Part shown: positions 53,999-62,734 of the stretch, piece after piece | Position numbering within the stretch: the stretch's first letter is position 1 | Layout of the letters: every line of letters begins with the position of its first letter | Assembly (NCBI GenBank): GCA_963781585.1 | Contig: CAWAGQ010000013.1 | Span: 64,001-128,000, forward strand | Reading direction: 5' to 3' | Length of the DNA: 64,000 nt | Source of the DNA: an uncultured Gemmatimonadaceae bacterium | Lineage (GTDB): Bacteria; Gemmatimonadota; Gemmatimonadetes; Gemmatimonadales; Gemmatimonadaceae | The notes under the pieces: model-generated | The model's input: the letters and a program-made list of their open reading frames with translations, nothing else | Databases searched by the model: none | Told to the model about the DNA's origin: nothing | Made by a program: the position numbers and the translations under genes

Positions 53999-54175
53999 AT
54001 GAAAGCCAAGCGAAGGAAGACCCGCCCGTCAGCCACCCGCGCCGAAAGCATCCGGCGATCCTGGCAAGTTCAGTCGATTCGCCAGCGTCGGTCTGAGGGC
54101 GTACGGCGGTACCACGAGCGCGCCCGCGCCGCCCTCGAAGCGCAGGAACGCGAAGGTGGCATGGCCACGACGTGA
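53999..54175 (+). CDS. Small basic protein, 58 aa (MKAKRRKTRPSATRAESIRRSWQVQSIRQRRSEG...)
   Basis: GGAG RBS 6 nt upstream; below the ORF-track length cutoff. Confidence 0.5.
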   Translation: MKAKRRKTRPSATRAESIRRSWQVQSIRQRRSEGVRRYHERARAALEAQEREGGMATT

Positions 54176-54284
54176 GAGGTTGCTACCGCGCACCACGGTA
54201 GTCTGGTTGGGCACGACGAAAGAGAAGCGCGCCTCGGAGCCGAATCCGAAGGCGCGCACCTGAACCCGACAACTCAAATCAACA

Positions 54285-56183
54285 ATGGAATCGCAGGATA
54301 ATATCTCATCGCCGCTCGTCCAGCGGTTTTGCGACCTGTTTCAAGCTGCGGCGGTATCCGCGACCGCGACCGCTGCCTTCGCTCTCGTCGCGCACGCGGC
54401 GACACCCGTGGAAGCGGCGCACGCATATGCGTCCGCCGGGTTTCCCGTCATCGCGTGGCGAGCTGGCGCGGACGGTGCAAAGGTGCCGCTCATCGACGCG
54501 TGGCCGAGTGCTGCGACGAACGATCCCGGCGCGGCGGTGCGCTGGTGGGACCGCTGGCCCGACGCGGGCGTGGGGGTGGTCCTCGACGCCGGCTGGTGCG
54601 TCGTTGACATCGACGGCGACGATGGCCTACGGACGCTCGTCGAACGCGTTCAGCTTGGCGGACTGCCACTCGGCCCTCGCGTTAAGACTGGACGCGGGTA
54701 CCATCTATGGTATCGCGTTCCGCCCGCGCTCCAGTCAGGGCTTCGGAACGCGGCGAATGGCAAGGTTGAGTTCTACGTCGAGGCCCGCAAGCGATTCTTC
54801 GCCGCGCCGCCGTCGATACACCCGACCGGCGTCGCATACGCGTGGGAACACGCCGAGCTGCCGGTACCTGATCTTCCCGCCGACGCGTTCCGGTGGCTCA
54901 TCGACGTTGACGGCGACCACAGCGCGTCCAAGCCGAACGTGGCCGCGCCGCTTGTCGGTCGCCACGACGACCTATTTCGGGCGCTGTGCTCCATGCGGGC
55001 GCGCGGGTTCGACGAGGACGCAATCGAAGCCGCAGCCCAAAAGCAAAACGAAGCGTTCGCGGATGGTCCGCTCCCGGCCACGGAACTCGCGCGCATCGTG
55101 ACGATGGTCAACCGTTATCCGCTCGGGACGGCGCTGCCGAATCGTCCGACGACGCACGGCCTCACGCTCCGCCGCTACGACGAGATCGAGGAACGCCCGC
55201 TGTCGTGGGGGTGGCGCGGCGTGCTGCCGCGTCGGACGCTCTCGACCGTCGTGGGGGAACCCGGTCTCGGCAAGAGCCTCGTGACTTGCGACCTCGCGGC
55301 GCGATTTACGCGGGGCGAGGCGATGCCGGGCGGGAGCGCGAACGGGTTCGGCAGGCCGGTCAACGTCCTTATGATCGCCATCGAGGACGACCCCGAGGAC
55401 ACGATCAAGCCCCGGCTCGACGCTGCGGGCGCGGACATGATGCGCGTCTTCGACGTTCGCATGAAGGTCGAGACGAGCGACGACATCGGCGCGCTGCCGA
55501 CGTTCCCGGACGACGTGCCGCGCCTGTTCGAGCTAGTCCGTGAGCACGACATCAAGGTCATCATCGTCGACCCGATCACCGCCTGTCTCTCCGACAAGGT
55601 GAACGCCTGGAAGGACGCGGACGTAAGGCGGGCGCTCGCGCCGTTGATCACGCTGGCCCGCGAAGTGGATGCGGTGGCCCTCGGCGTTATGCACGTGAAC
55701 AAGAACGAGACGCAAAGCGCGATCAACCGTGTCGCCAACTCGAAGGCCTTTACGGCAGTCCCGCGCGCCGTGTGGTGGCTCGGCCGCGACCCCGAAGACG
55801 AGGCACATCAAGTGCTTGTTTCGGTCAAGTTCAATGTCGGGCCGAAAGATAAGAGCTACGGCTTCTGCATCACGGGCTTTGACGACAAGGCCCCGCGGGT
55901 GGCGTGGGACGCCGCGCCGGGAACCTTCACGGCGAAGGACCTCCAGCGGCCCCCGCTCGACGAACGGCGAGACGGGAGGTACGAGGCCGCCCTGCTCCTC
56001 TTGCAGCACCTCGGCACGGGGCTCGTCGTCGAAAGCCGCGAGATCAAGGAAGCGGCGAAGGGCAGAGGAGTCGGTGAGAAAACGCTCGAACGGGTCGCGA
56101 AGGAGTTTGGGGTCGTGATCACGCGGACCTCGGAAGTGCCGTCGCGCACCACGTGGCGGTGGCCGTCGCGACTGACCTACTAG
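54285..56183 (+). CDS. Primase-polymerase + PriCT + AAA (RepA-like) helicase replication protein
   Basis: AHAYASAGFPV, KVP, VVDID, TGRGYHLWY, APPSIH; GRHDDLF; Walker A GEPGLGKS, Walker B IIVDP. Confidence 0.9.
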   Translation: MESQDNISSPLVQRFCDLFQAAAVSATATAAFALVAHAATPVEAAHAYASAGFPVIAWRAGADGAKVPLIDAWPSAATNDPGAAVRWWDRWPDAGVGVVLDAGWCVVDIDGDDGLRTLVERVQLGGLPLGPRVKTGRGYHLWYRVPPALQSGLRNAANGKVEFYVEARKRFFAAPPSIHPTGVAYAWEHAELPVPDLPADAFRWLIDVDGDHSASKPNVAAPLVGRHDDLFRALCSMRARGFDEDAIEAAAQKQNEAFADGPLPATELARIVTMVNRYPLGTALPNRPTTHGLTLRRYDEIEERPLSWGWRGVLPRRTLSTVVGEPGLGKSLVTCDLAARFTRGEAMPGGSANGFGRPVNVLMIAIEDDPEDTIKPRLDAAGADMMRVFDVRMKVETSDDIGALPTFPDDVPRLFELVREHDIKVIIVDPITACLSDKVNAWKDADVRRALAPLITLAREVDAVALGVMHVNKNETQSAINRVANSKAFTAVPRAVWWLGRDPEDEAHQVLVSVKFNVGPKDKSYGFCITGFDDKAPRVAWDAAPGTFTAKDLQRPPLDERRDGRYEAALLLLQHLGTGLVVESREIKEAAKGRGVGEKTLERVAKEFGVVITRTSEVPSRTTWRWPSRLTY

Positions 56184-56479
56184 CACGCGGTGTCGCGTGT
56201 AACCAATGATACAAATCCACGGACCGAAGGTTATAAAAAGTAGGAGTGTCTCAACCAGGAGGAAGAATCGCGTAACTCGTTGGCACCTAACGCCGCTTCC
56301 AGTCGCGACACTTCGCGTGAAAAGGGCAGTCGCGACACGCGTCATTCACGGTGGGGCGGAGCCTCCGCTTCCAGTCGCGACACGGCGGGTCGAATACAGG
56401 GAGGCCTGGCCTACAGCCTCGCTGAATGCCCCGGAAAATGCCTGCCGCGACCACGGCGGGACACCAGCGCGGGACACCA
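56165..56479. repeat. Putative replication origin: iterons flanking an AT-rich patch
   Basis: CAGTCGCGACAC x3 (two within CCGCTTCCAGTCGCGACAC at 56293 and 56365, one at 56327); inverted partial copies at 56165 and 56190; AT-rich 56200-56245; GCGGGACACCA x2 (56456, 56469). Confidence 0.75.
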
Positions 56480-56709
56480 CCGCCCGGCCGATTGTAACAA
56501 GCTCACATAAGTGCTGTCGTGGCAAAGCTTTATGCACAAAGACTATCATATCAGGTACGCTAGTTCGTCTTCGCGACAAGCCCCTAGAACACGCTCAGAC
56601 CGCCTCGCGTGCCGCCGACCTATTTCTCCCTGTCCTCACGCACGGATTGCCCTTACCGTGGCATCTGGTGCCACCACCAACCGGTTCGCTGGACCTAACG
56701 AGTTCCTCA

Positions 56710-57312
56710 ATGAAGAACCCAAAGGAAGTGAAAGCGCCGCCCTTCCCAGACCTGCTCGCTGCGCTCGACCAGTACGATCCGCGGCTATCTGCGGAGGTGC
56801 GCGCCCTCCTCGCAGAGCTAAGAAGGGTCATCGCGGAGACCGGAGCGGCAACGGGAGGAGAAGGGCTGTCCGAAACCGCAGTCACAACGATCAAAGACAT
56901 CGCGACCGCCCACGTCGGCTCCGCGATGTACAACCAGCTCTCGTTGCAGTACTCGGCGGGTCTCCCGCTGAATAAGGGCGGCGAGAAGCGGGGCGTGATT
57001 CTGAGAGCGATGGAGAAGGCAAACCCTTGGTTCAGCGCGGCACGGTTCAAGGGGATGGATGGTCGCTTGCTTAAGAAGCCAAGCGGTCAGGCTAATCTGC
57101 GGGCGCGCGGCCGTGCGGCAGCCAAGGCGCGCGAGCTTCCGCGCGTGGACATTGACGAGCTGACTGAGCGTGAGGGCGACGCCATTTACGCGGAACTAAA
57201 GGCGGAGGACCAAGCGCGGCTCGCCGCCGGGAAGCGACCGCGGAAGTCCGTCGAAATCCAAAGGCAAGCGGAGGTGCGCGCCGCCCGTCGCCTAAAGGAG
57301 CGCGGCCAGTGA
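56710..57312 (+). CDS. Hypothetical protein, 200 aa
   Basis: ATG 56710 within the long ORF; its upstream extension only reads through the iterons. Confidence 0.65.
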   Translation: MKNPKEVKAPPFPDLLAALDQYDPRLSAEVRALLAELRRVIAETGAATGGEGLSETAVTTIKDIATAHVGSAMYNQLSLQYSAGLPLNKGGEKRGVILRAMEKANPWFSAARFKGMDGRLLKKPSGQANLRARGRAAAKARELPRVDIDELTEREGDAIYAELKAEDQARLAAGKRPRKSVEIQRQAEVRAARRLKERGQ

Positions 57313-57465
57313 CAGCGCTGTATCGGACTCGTTAGGGCCATCACGGTACCTTGAAAAACGTATCGAGGCCTCACGCCTCGACGCGCTACGGACGACGGTC
57401 GGCCAGCGGAACTGAAAATCTCCGCCGCTGGTCGGCCGAAGCCCCGGACCTCAAGGAATACCAAG

Positions 57466-58068
57466 ATGGCAACAACCACCAAGCCAGAAACGCTCGACCA
57501 GAGGCGCGCTCGCCTACAGGGCGAGTGCAATCACCTCACGTGTGACGCGCGGGATGCGCTCGAGGAGAAGCTGATTGCGGCAGATACAGCGGAGAAGGCG
57601 GCCGCTACGGCCGACGACGGACCCGCATGGCAAGCCGCTCGACGAGCCAAGGCCGACCTGATTCAGGAGCGTGAGGAACTCGTCGCGAGCATCGAGGCGA
57701 AGCAGCTCGCGCTCAAAGAGTGTGAGTGGCAGATCGCCAAGCGAGACCGGGACGCCGGAATCCGCGAGGTGCAGGCGCACGCCAAGACTGCGGCCGACGT
57801 CGCGCCGGAGATCGTCGAAGCTGTCGAGACCCTCGCCGACGCCCTGCAGCGCTTCGCAGGCCAGTGCGCCGGGGTCTATCGCGCTGGCGCGGCGGTGGAC
57901 CACGACAACGAGCGCGGCCTTCGCGAGCTGACGTCGAAGGAACGCGTGTGGCGCGACGTGGAATATCACCTGCGCGCGGCGCTCGGACTTTCCACCGGCG
58001 CGTTCATTCACGGCACGGCGCTCGATCAGGCAAGCGAGCTAACAACGTACGCCGAGACGCTCCGATGA
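57466..58068 (+). CDS. Hypothetical coiled-coil protein, 200 aa
   Basis: AAGGA RBS; Ala/Glu/Arg-rich helical composition. Confidence 0.75.
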   Translation: MATTTKPETLDQRRARLQGECNHLTCDARDALEEKLIAADTAEKAAATADDGPAWQAARRAKADLIQEREELVASIEAKQLALKECEWQIAKRDRDAGIREVQAHAKTAADVAPEIVEAVETLADALQRFAGQCAGVYRAGAAVDHDNERGLRELTSKERVWRDVEYHLRAALGLSTGAFIHGTALDQASELTTYAETLR

Positions 58069-58301
58069 CGCCCGACCGCCGGGCGGAGCTTCGCACCGTC
58101 GCGCGTGCCTATGCCTTCGACGTCGCCTTCGGTGGCGCGCCGCTCGTCGGGGCGATGGCGCGCACCTGGGGCCACGCCGAATCACGCGAGGAATCCCGTC
58201 GCGTCCTCGCCGACTTCAATACTGCCTTCCGCCACTTCGCCCGTCGCGCCGGTCGCGCGGCGATCCGCTCCACACTTCGTGAGGTCCGCCGTGAGCGATA
58301 A
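58065..58301 (+). CDS. Hypothetical protein, 78 aa
   Basis: ATGA overlap with the upstream stop (MTPDRRAELR...). Confidence 0.6.
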   Translation: MTPDRRAELRTVARAYAFDVAFGGAPLVGAMARTWGHAESREESRRVLADFNTAFRHFARRAGRAAIRSTLREVRRER

Positions 58302-58647
58302 CACGTTCGTTCTACCGGCGAAAGCCGCACATGCGTTCCGACCGGGCGAGATGATTCCGGAGGACGGCTTCACCCGCTTCGTGCCCTACTTCCCTCGTCT
58401 GACCGGCGAGTCCGACGCCGCCTACGCGGCTCGGCTAGAAGCTGTCGGGTTAGCCGTAGTCATTACCTCCGAGGATGCCCGCGACATCGCTACGTACCGA
58501 GGACTCGTAACCGAGGCCGTAACGCGGAAGCTGCCTATCGCGATGCTGACCTCTCCGATTTCCGACGACCCGGGCGACGTGGACCTCGCGACTAGAGAAG
58601 CGGCGAAGGCGGCCGCCCTCGAAGCTGCGCACAGAGCCAAACCCTGA
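58291..58647 (+). CDS. Hypothetical protein, 118 aa
   Basis: GAGGT RBS, GTG start (SDNTFVLP...). Confidence 0.6.
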   Translation: MSDNTFVLPAKAAHAFRPGEMIPEDGFTRFVPYFPRLTGESDAAYAARLEAVGLAVVITSEDARDIATYRGLVTEAVTRKLPIAMLTSPISDDPGDVDLATREAAKAAALEAAHRAKP

Positions 58648-58661
58648 ACCGATACACTCCC

Positions 58662-58841
58662 ATGGCAAACAATTCGAAGCTTGACCCGTCCCCCACCTAT
58701 AGCCCGTCGCATCACGACATCGATGAGTGGCACCGCGCTCGTCAGGCTCCCGGCAACGCGCCCGCGAACTCGCCCGCCGCGCCGGGAAACGCGCCGCGTG
58801 AGAACGTCGAACGTCCCGAGAAGTCGAAGGACGGCCGATGA
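58662..58841 (+). CDS. Small Pro/Asn-rich protein, 59 aa (MANNSKLDPSPTYSPSHHDIDEWH...)
   Basis: Fills the gap; its stop overlaps the next ATG (ATGA). Confidence 0.5.
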   Translation: MANNSKLDPSPTYSPSHHDIDEWHRARQAPGNAPANSPAAPGNAPRENVERPEKSKDGR

Positions 58842-59206
58842 CCGCGACGGTCGGGCTGACGGTCGGCCTTACCGACGAAGACGAGCGCCTGATCGAGCGG
58901 CTGATCGACGCCGCGCTCGTCAGGCGCTTCGGATCGAGTAACGGCGCTCCCTCCGAGTCTGACCGGCTCGCTTCGTGGCGCGAGCGGCTTTGGACGTGCG
59001 CGCCGGATACGCGCCTGTTTGCCGACGAAGTCGCGGCGGCTCTCGGCGTGTCGAAGCGGACCGTCTACCGCTGGGTAGACGTGAAGCACCTTCCCTGCCG
59101 ACGCCGCGACGACGGGCTCGTGTTCCTCGCGGGTGACGTCCGAAGGTGGGCCGACGAACAGGAAACGGTGGTCAACTCGGCCGCGCGGCTTCGGAAGGTC
59201 GGGTGA
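58838..59206 (+). CDS. Excisionase/MerR-like HTH DNA-binding protein
   Basis: ADEVAAALGVSKRTVYRWV..LPC.R....VF..DVRRW. Confidence 0.85.
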   Translation: MTATVGLTVGLTDEDERLIERLIDAALVRRFGSSNGAPSESDRLASWRERLWTCAPDTRLFADEVAAALGVSKRTVYRWVDVKHLPCRRRDDGLVFLAGDVRRWADEQETVVNSAARLRKVG

Positions 59207-59210
59207 CGCC

Positions 59211-59474
59211 GTGACCTTCCGCGCGGCAAAGCGCCACGCGTCCCGCGAGGGACTTCGAATCCCCCGGCCTCCGAAGACGCTCGACGACGCCGTTAGGCTC
59301 GCGTCGTGGGTGTCGATCCAGGTCGCGCGCGGGAATATCAGCCATCACGACGCCCGCGCCATCACGGACGCGCTCAAGGAATTTCGCGAGCTGCTCGGCG
59401 TTCGCGACGCGAGGGTCGAGGCCGAGTCCCTGCGTCGCCAGATCGCTGAGCTAAAGGCGCGAGCCGGTGAATAG
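59211..59474 (+). CDS. Small helical protein, candidate terminase small subunit
   Basis: 87 aa, helical with C-terminal coiled coil; overlaps the terL start; function inferred from position only. Confidence 0.5.
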   Translation: MTFRAAKRHASREGLRIPRPPKTLDDAVRLASWVSIQVARGNISHHDARAITDALKEFRELLGVRDARVEAESLRRQIAELKARAGE

Positions 59475-60993
59475 GCGAGAGCTAGAGCGACTTCGCCGCG
59501 AACTCGGCGAGCTGGAAGAGCGGCTCTACGGCACCGCGCCGTGGCCCGACCTCTCCCGGTACGCCGGGCGCGCCCGCGCCTTCGCGGAAGACGTTTGCCA
59601 CGCGGTGCTGCTCTCCTGGCAGGGCGAGGCGTTTGACGCGCTCGACGCGAACCGGCTCCTTGCCGTCGCGTCGTGCAACGGCGCGGGCAAGACCGCGTGG
59701 GCGCCGCTCGCGCTCCTGTACGTGGCGGCGGTGCTCGGTGCGAAGGCCGTCTATCTGACCGCCAACGAGCGGACGGCGCGCACGACGATGGTGCGCGAGC
59801 TAAAGCGGTGGGTCCGCGCCGCGAAGCTGCCGTGCTCGGTCTACAACCACGGCGTCGAAACGCCTAACGGCGGCGTGATCCTCGTCCTGTCGCCCGCCGA
59901 GATGGAAGCGGCCGCGGGCCAGCACGACCCCGAGATGGTGGTGATCGTGGACGAGGCCTCGGCGCTCGAAGACGACATCTTCGAGGCGCTGATGGGCAAC
60001 GCCGTGTCGGAGCGCAACCGGCTGGTTCTGCTAGGCAACCCGCTCCGCGCCTCCGGACCGTTCGCGACTGCGCTCCGCGCCGCACAGGGCTGGTGGAAGC
60101 GCTTCGTGACCGCCGCCGAGGTGATGGCCGACGCGAACTATGCGAACATCGCGGGCCTCATCAGCAAGCCGGGCGTGGACGCGCTCCGTCAAACGTTCGG
60201 TGAGGAGTCGATGGCGTTCGCGAGCCGCGTATACGCGCGGCTTCCGGTCGCCGACGCGGACGCGCTCTATCCGGAGGCGCTGTTAGAAGCGGCCGTCGAG
60301 CGCTGGCGAGCCGGCACGCTTCGGAGGAAGCACGCGAACGCGCGTCTCAAGGCGGGGCTCGACCTGGCCGCGTCCGAGGACGGCGACGCGTCGGCGCTGG
60401 CGGTGGCCTTCGGCGGCGCGCACGTCGAGGCCATCCACACCATGCGGAGCCGCGACACGATGAAGGTCGCGGGCTGGGCGGTCGCCACACTCGGCGCGTA
60501 CAACGCGCGGCGTCGCCCTAGCTTCGCGATGGCCGAAGCCGTCCGGGACCTCGGCCTAACGAGCCCCGGCGATCCCCTCATCCAGCTTCGCGACGTGAGC
60601 ATCTATGGCGACGAGATCGCGTGGGGAAAGGGCTGCATCGACCGGCTCAAGGAGGCGGGCTTTGCGGCTTACGGCATCAATGTTTCACGACGACCGGCCG
60701 AGGCCGACAAGGCGGCGATCTACGCGAACGAGCGGGCGCGCATCGCCTACGCGTTCCGCGAAAGGCTGGTGCAGGGGACCGTGGCGATCCCACCAGACGA
60801 CGAGCTGCTGGAAGAACTACGCGCCTATAAGGCCTTCGCGAACAGCGCCGGGAAGCAGCAGTGCGTCAGCAAGGGCGAGCTTCGGCAGGTGCTCGGCCGA
60901 AGCCCCGACAAGATGGACGCGGTGCTGCTGGCGACGTGCGCGGACGCGTCGCCGACGTTCGACGCCGACGAGAGTGGCTTGATCGCGTTCTAG
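59467..60993 (+). CDS. Terminase large subunit
   Basis: Walker A SCNGAGKT, Walker B VVIVDEA, LLGNP coupling motif, nuclease GLDLA..D, DEIAWG, SPDKMDA. Confidence 0.85.
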   Translation: MNRRELERLRRELGELEERLYGTAPWPDLSRYAGRARAFAEDVCHAVLLSWQGEAFDALDANRLLAVASCNGAGKTAWAPLALLYVAAVLGAKAVYLTANERTARTTMVRELKRWVRAAKLPCSVYNHGVETPNGGVILVLSPAEMEAAAGQHDPEMVVIVDEASALEDDIFEALMGNAVSERNRLVLLGNPLRASGPFATALRAAQGWWKRFVTAAEVMADANYANIAGLISKPGVDALRQTFGEESMAFASRVYARLPVADADALYPEALLEAAVERWRAGTLRRKHANARLKAGLDLAASEDGDASALAVAFGGAHVEAIHTMRSRDTMKVAGWAVATLGAYNARRRPSFAMAEAVRDLGLTSPGDPLIQLRDVSIYGDEIAWGKGCIDRLKEAGFAAYGINVSRRPAEADKAAIYANERARIAYAFRERLVQGTVAIPPDDELLEELRAYKAFANSAGKQQCVSKGELRQVLGRSPDKMDAVLLATCADASPTFDADESGLIAF

Positions 60994-61514
60994 GTTGCGT
61001 CCAGCAACGCGTCGATGATGGTCATGCTCTCGCTGAGAGAATCGTAGCTCGGCCGATCAACCCAACCGAACCTCTCCTCGCCGGAGACAAACGCGGCACC
61101 GAGGAGGCTGCTAACCGGTATGACGCCAGGATAGCAGACCTCCACTGGTACGATCATTGGGAGGTGCTGGCCACAGCGCCGAGTTGCCTCGCGCGACGAC
61201 ACCGGAGCAGTCGGAAGCAAACCGCGATCAACGCAAAGTAGAACGGTCAACCTGTGGAGGAACACAAACCGCTCCCACTGACGATGCGTGTCGGGGTGGA
61301 ATACCTCTTCGGGTCGTGCTGCGGCGAAGTCAAAGAGCGAGATAGCGCCCAACTGCCGACAGCAGGAGTCGCGCGACTGCGGAAAGGTGTCCCGCATCGA
61401 CCCGTCCCAAGGTCTAATCTCGCCGCACTTTACGATCTCTGCGAAGTGACGAACGCTCGTCGCGTGTATAGGTCCCTTCAGAAGAATTCGATACAGCGGG
61501 TGTTCTTTCTCCAC
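60990..61514 (-). CDS. Hypothetical protein, possibly ADP-ribosyltransferase-like fold
   Basis: HATS..F.EI..CGEIRP ... ISLFD ... EVCYPGVIP pattern; GTG start 10 nt after the DUF4238 stop. Confidence 0.5.
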   Translation of the reverse strand: MEKEHPLYRILLKGPIHATSVRHFAEIVKCGEIRPWDGSMRDTFPQSRDSCCRQLGAISLFDFAAARPEEVFHPDTHRQWERFVFLHRLTVLLCVDRGLLPTAPVSSREATRRCGQHLPMIVPVEVCYPGVIPVSSLLGAAFVSGEERFGWVDRPSYDSLSESMTIIDALLDAT

Positions 61515-61524
61515 GGCGATGCCA

Positions 61525-62493
61525 TCAACAGTCGCGTTCCGCGTTTGGTGTCTGCGCGTCGGAGTCGGGCGCGCGGATGGGCTCGGGCTCGAACCACGCC
61601 GCCCTCGTTTCATTCTGGCAGACCACTATCTCGTCGTCGGCGTGGACGAGCGTGCGTTGATTGAGGATGTCGACAACCATTGGCGTCGTCTTCTGAAAGC
61701 CGCTAAGACCGGCGCGGTTGTAGACGAGGGTCTGACGCGGAGAGATTGGAAGCGTGACCTCCACGGTCGGATACATCAGACCTGGCGCCCGATGCAGGAA
61801 TGGACGCTTGTACGCCTCGGGGTCGAACACGACGCAGGGCGCGTCCGATGCGATGAATCCAAGGCGATCATCCGTGGAGAGAATCGCGAGATCCATTCCC
61901 ACGAGTAGCGACGCCATTGTCTCGATCGCCACAGCCATGCTGTTTTGAAGCGGCTCGCTCGCAAGTCGTCGTACGTCCGCATGACTCATGGTCTTAGCGC
62001 GATCCGATGGCGGCATCATCAGGCGAGCTATCTGCTCGCGCTCCTCGGGCGATCGCCTCATCATGTCGTCGTGAACTCGATCCAACGTTTCGAGAAGGCG
62101 TCCCCACTCCTTCCTCTGATGGTCGCGCTGTCGACGCGACCGCGAGTGCATCGCCGCAACGAAGACCGCCAGCATGAACTGGTCGAGCGGCTCAAGCTCG
62201 ACGCGCGCCTCAAACTTCTCGCGTCGCAGCGTCGAGAAGCGATCCTCCAATTCGCTGAGCCCACGTTCAAGCCGCAGGTCCCGAGCGCCTGACCGGCCGT
62301 GAATCGTGTACATGTCGGTCTCCGCGAAGATATTGTGCGGCGCCTTCCGACGGCCGGCACCGCCATTCCACGGGAACACCCACACGTACGGCTCCTGGCC
62401 TTCGGGCGTCGTGGGGTCGCACCATGCCGAGAGGTACGAACGGGGGACCCAGTGTTGTTTCTTGTGCTTCATGGAGCGAACCGAAATGGCCAC
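61525..62493 (-). CDS. DUF4238-family protein
   Basis: QHWVPRSYLSAW N-terminal motif, LE..LSELE, FIASDAP, LPISP; start 62493 or 62472. Confidence 0.82.
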   Translation of the reverse strand: MAISVRSMKHKKQHWVPRSYLSAWCDPTTPEGQEPYVWVFPWNGGAGRRKAPHNIFAETDMYTIHGRSGARDLRLERGLSELEDRFSTLRREKFEARVELEPLDQFMLAVFVAAMHSRSRRQRDHQRKEWGRLLETLDRVHDDMMRRSPEEREQIARLMMPPSDRAKTMSHADVRRLASEPLQNSMAVAIETMASLLVGMDLAILSTDDRLGFIASDAPCVVFDPEAYKRPFLHRAPGLMYPTVEVTLPISPRQTLVYNRAGLSGFQKTTPMVVDILNQRTLVHADDEIVVCQNETRAAWFEPEPIRAPDSDAQTPNAERDC

Positions 62494-62569
62494 TCGCGAC
62501 GTGCGACCGACGCGTCGCCTACCGTCGACTGATCGAGCGGCCGATAAGCCTTCTGACTGGCCCGATAAG

Positions 62570-62734
62570 CTACGGGACTAACCTGCCAGAGAACGCGGCG
62601 CTGATTACCTGTGAGATTGCGGCGTTCACCGCCTCGCGAGTTCCGCTCTTGAGTGCGGCACGTATGCGCTGTCCAAGCGGAGTCTGATCCTTCAGCGCAT
62701 CCGGCACGGAATTGAGAACGGTTAACCCCTTTAG
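62570..62734 (-). pseudogene. 3' end of a gene interrupted by the IS5
   Basis: Open frame LKGLTVLNSVPDALKDQTPLGQRIRAALKSGTREAVNAAISQVISAAFSGRLVP* running from the IS boundary. Confidence 0.6.

Noticed and set aside
56293..56383. CRISPR-like repeat array
   Set aside because: Repeats are 12-19 bp with irregular spacing and no cas genes.
56206..56709. N-terminal extension of the 368-aa ORF with repeated PLPVAT
   Set aside because: The peptide repeats are translated iterons; the region is better explained as the origin.
62541..62570. CCGATAAGC direct repeat pair
   Set aside because: Only two short copies, with no supporting context.
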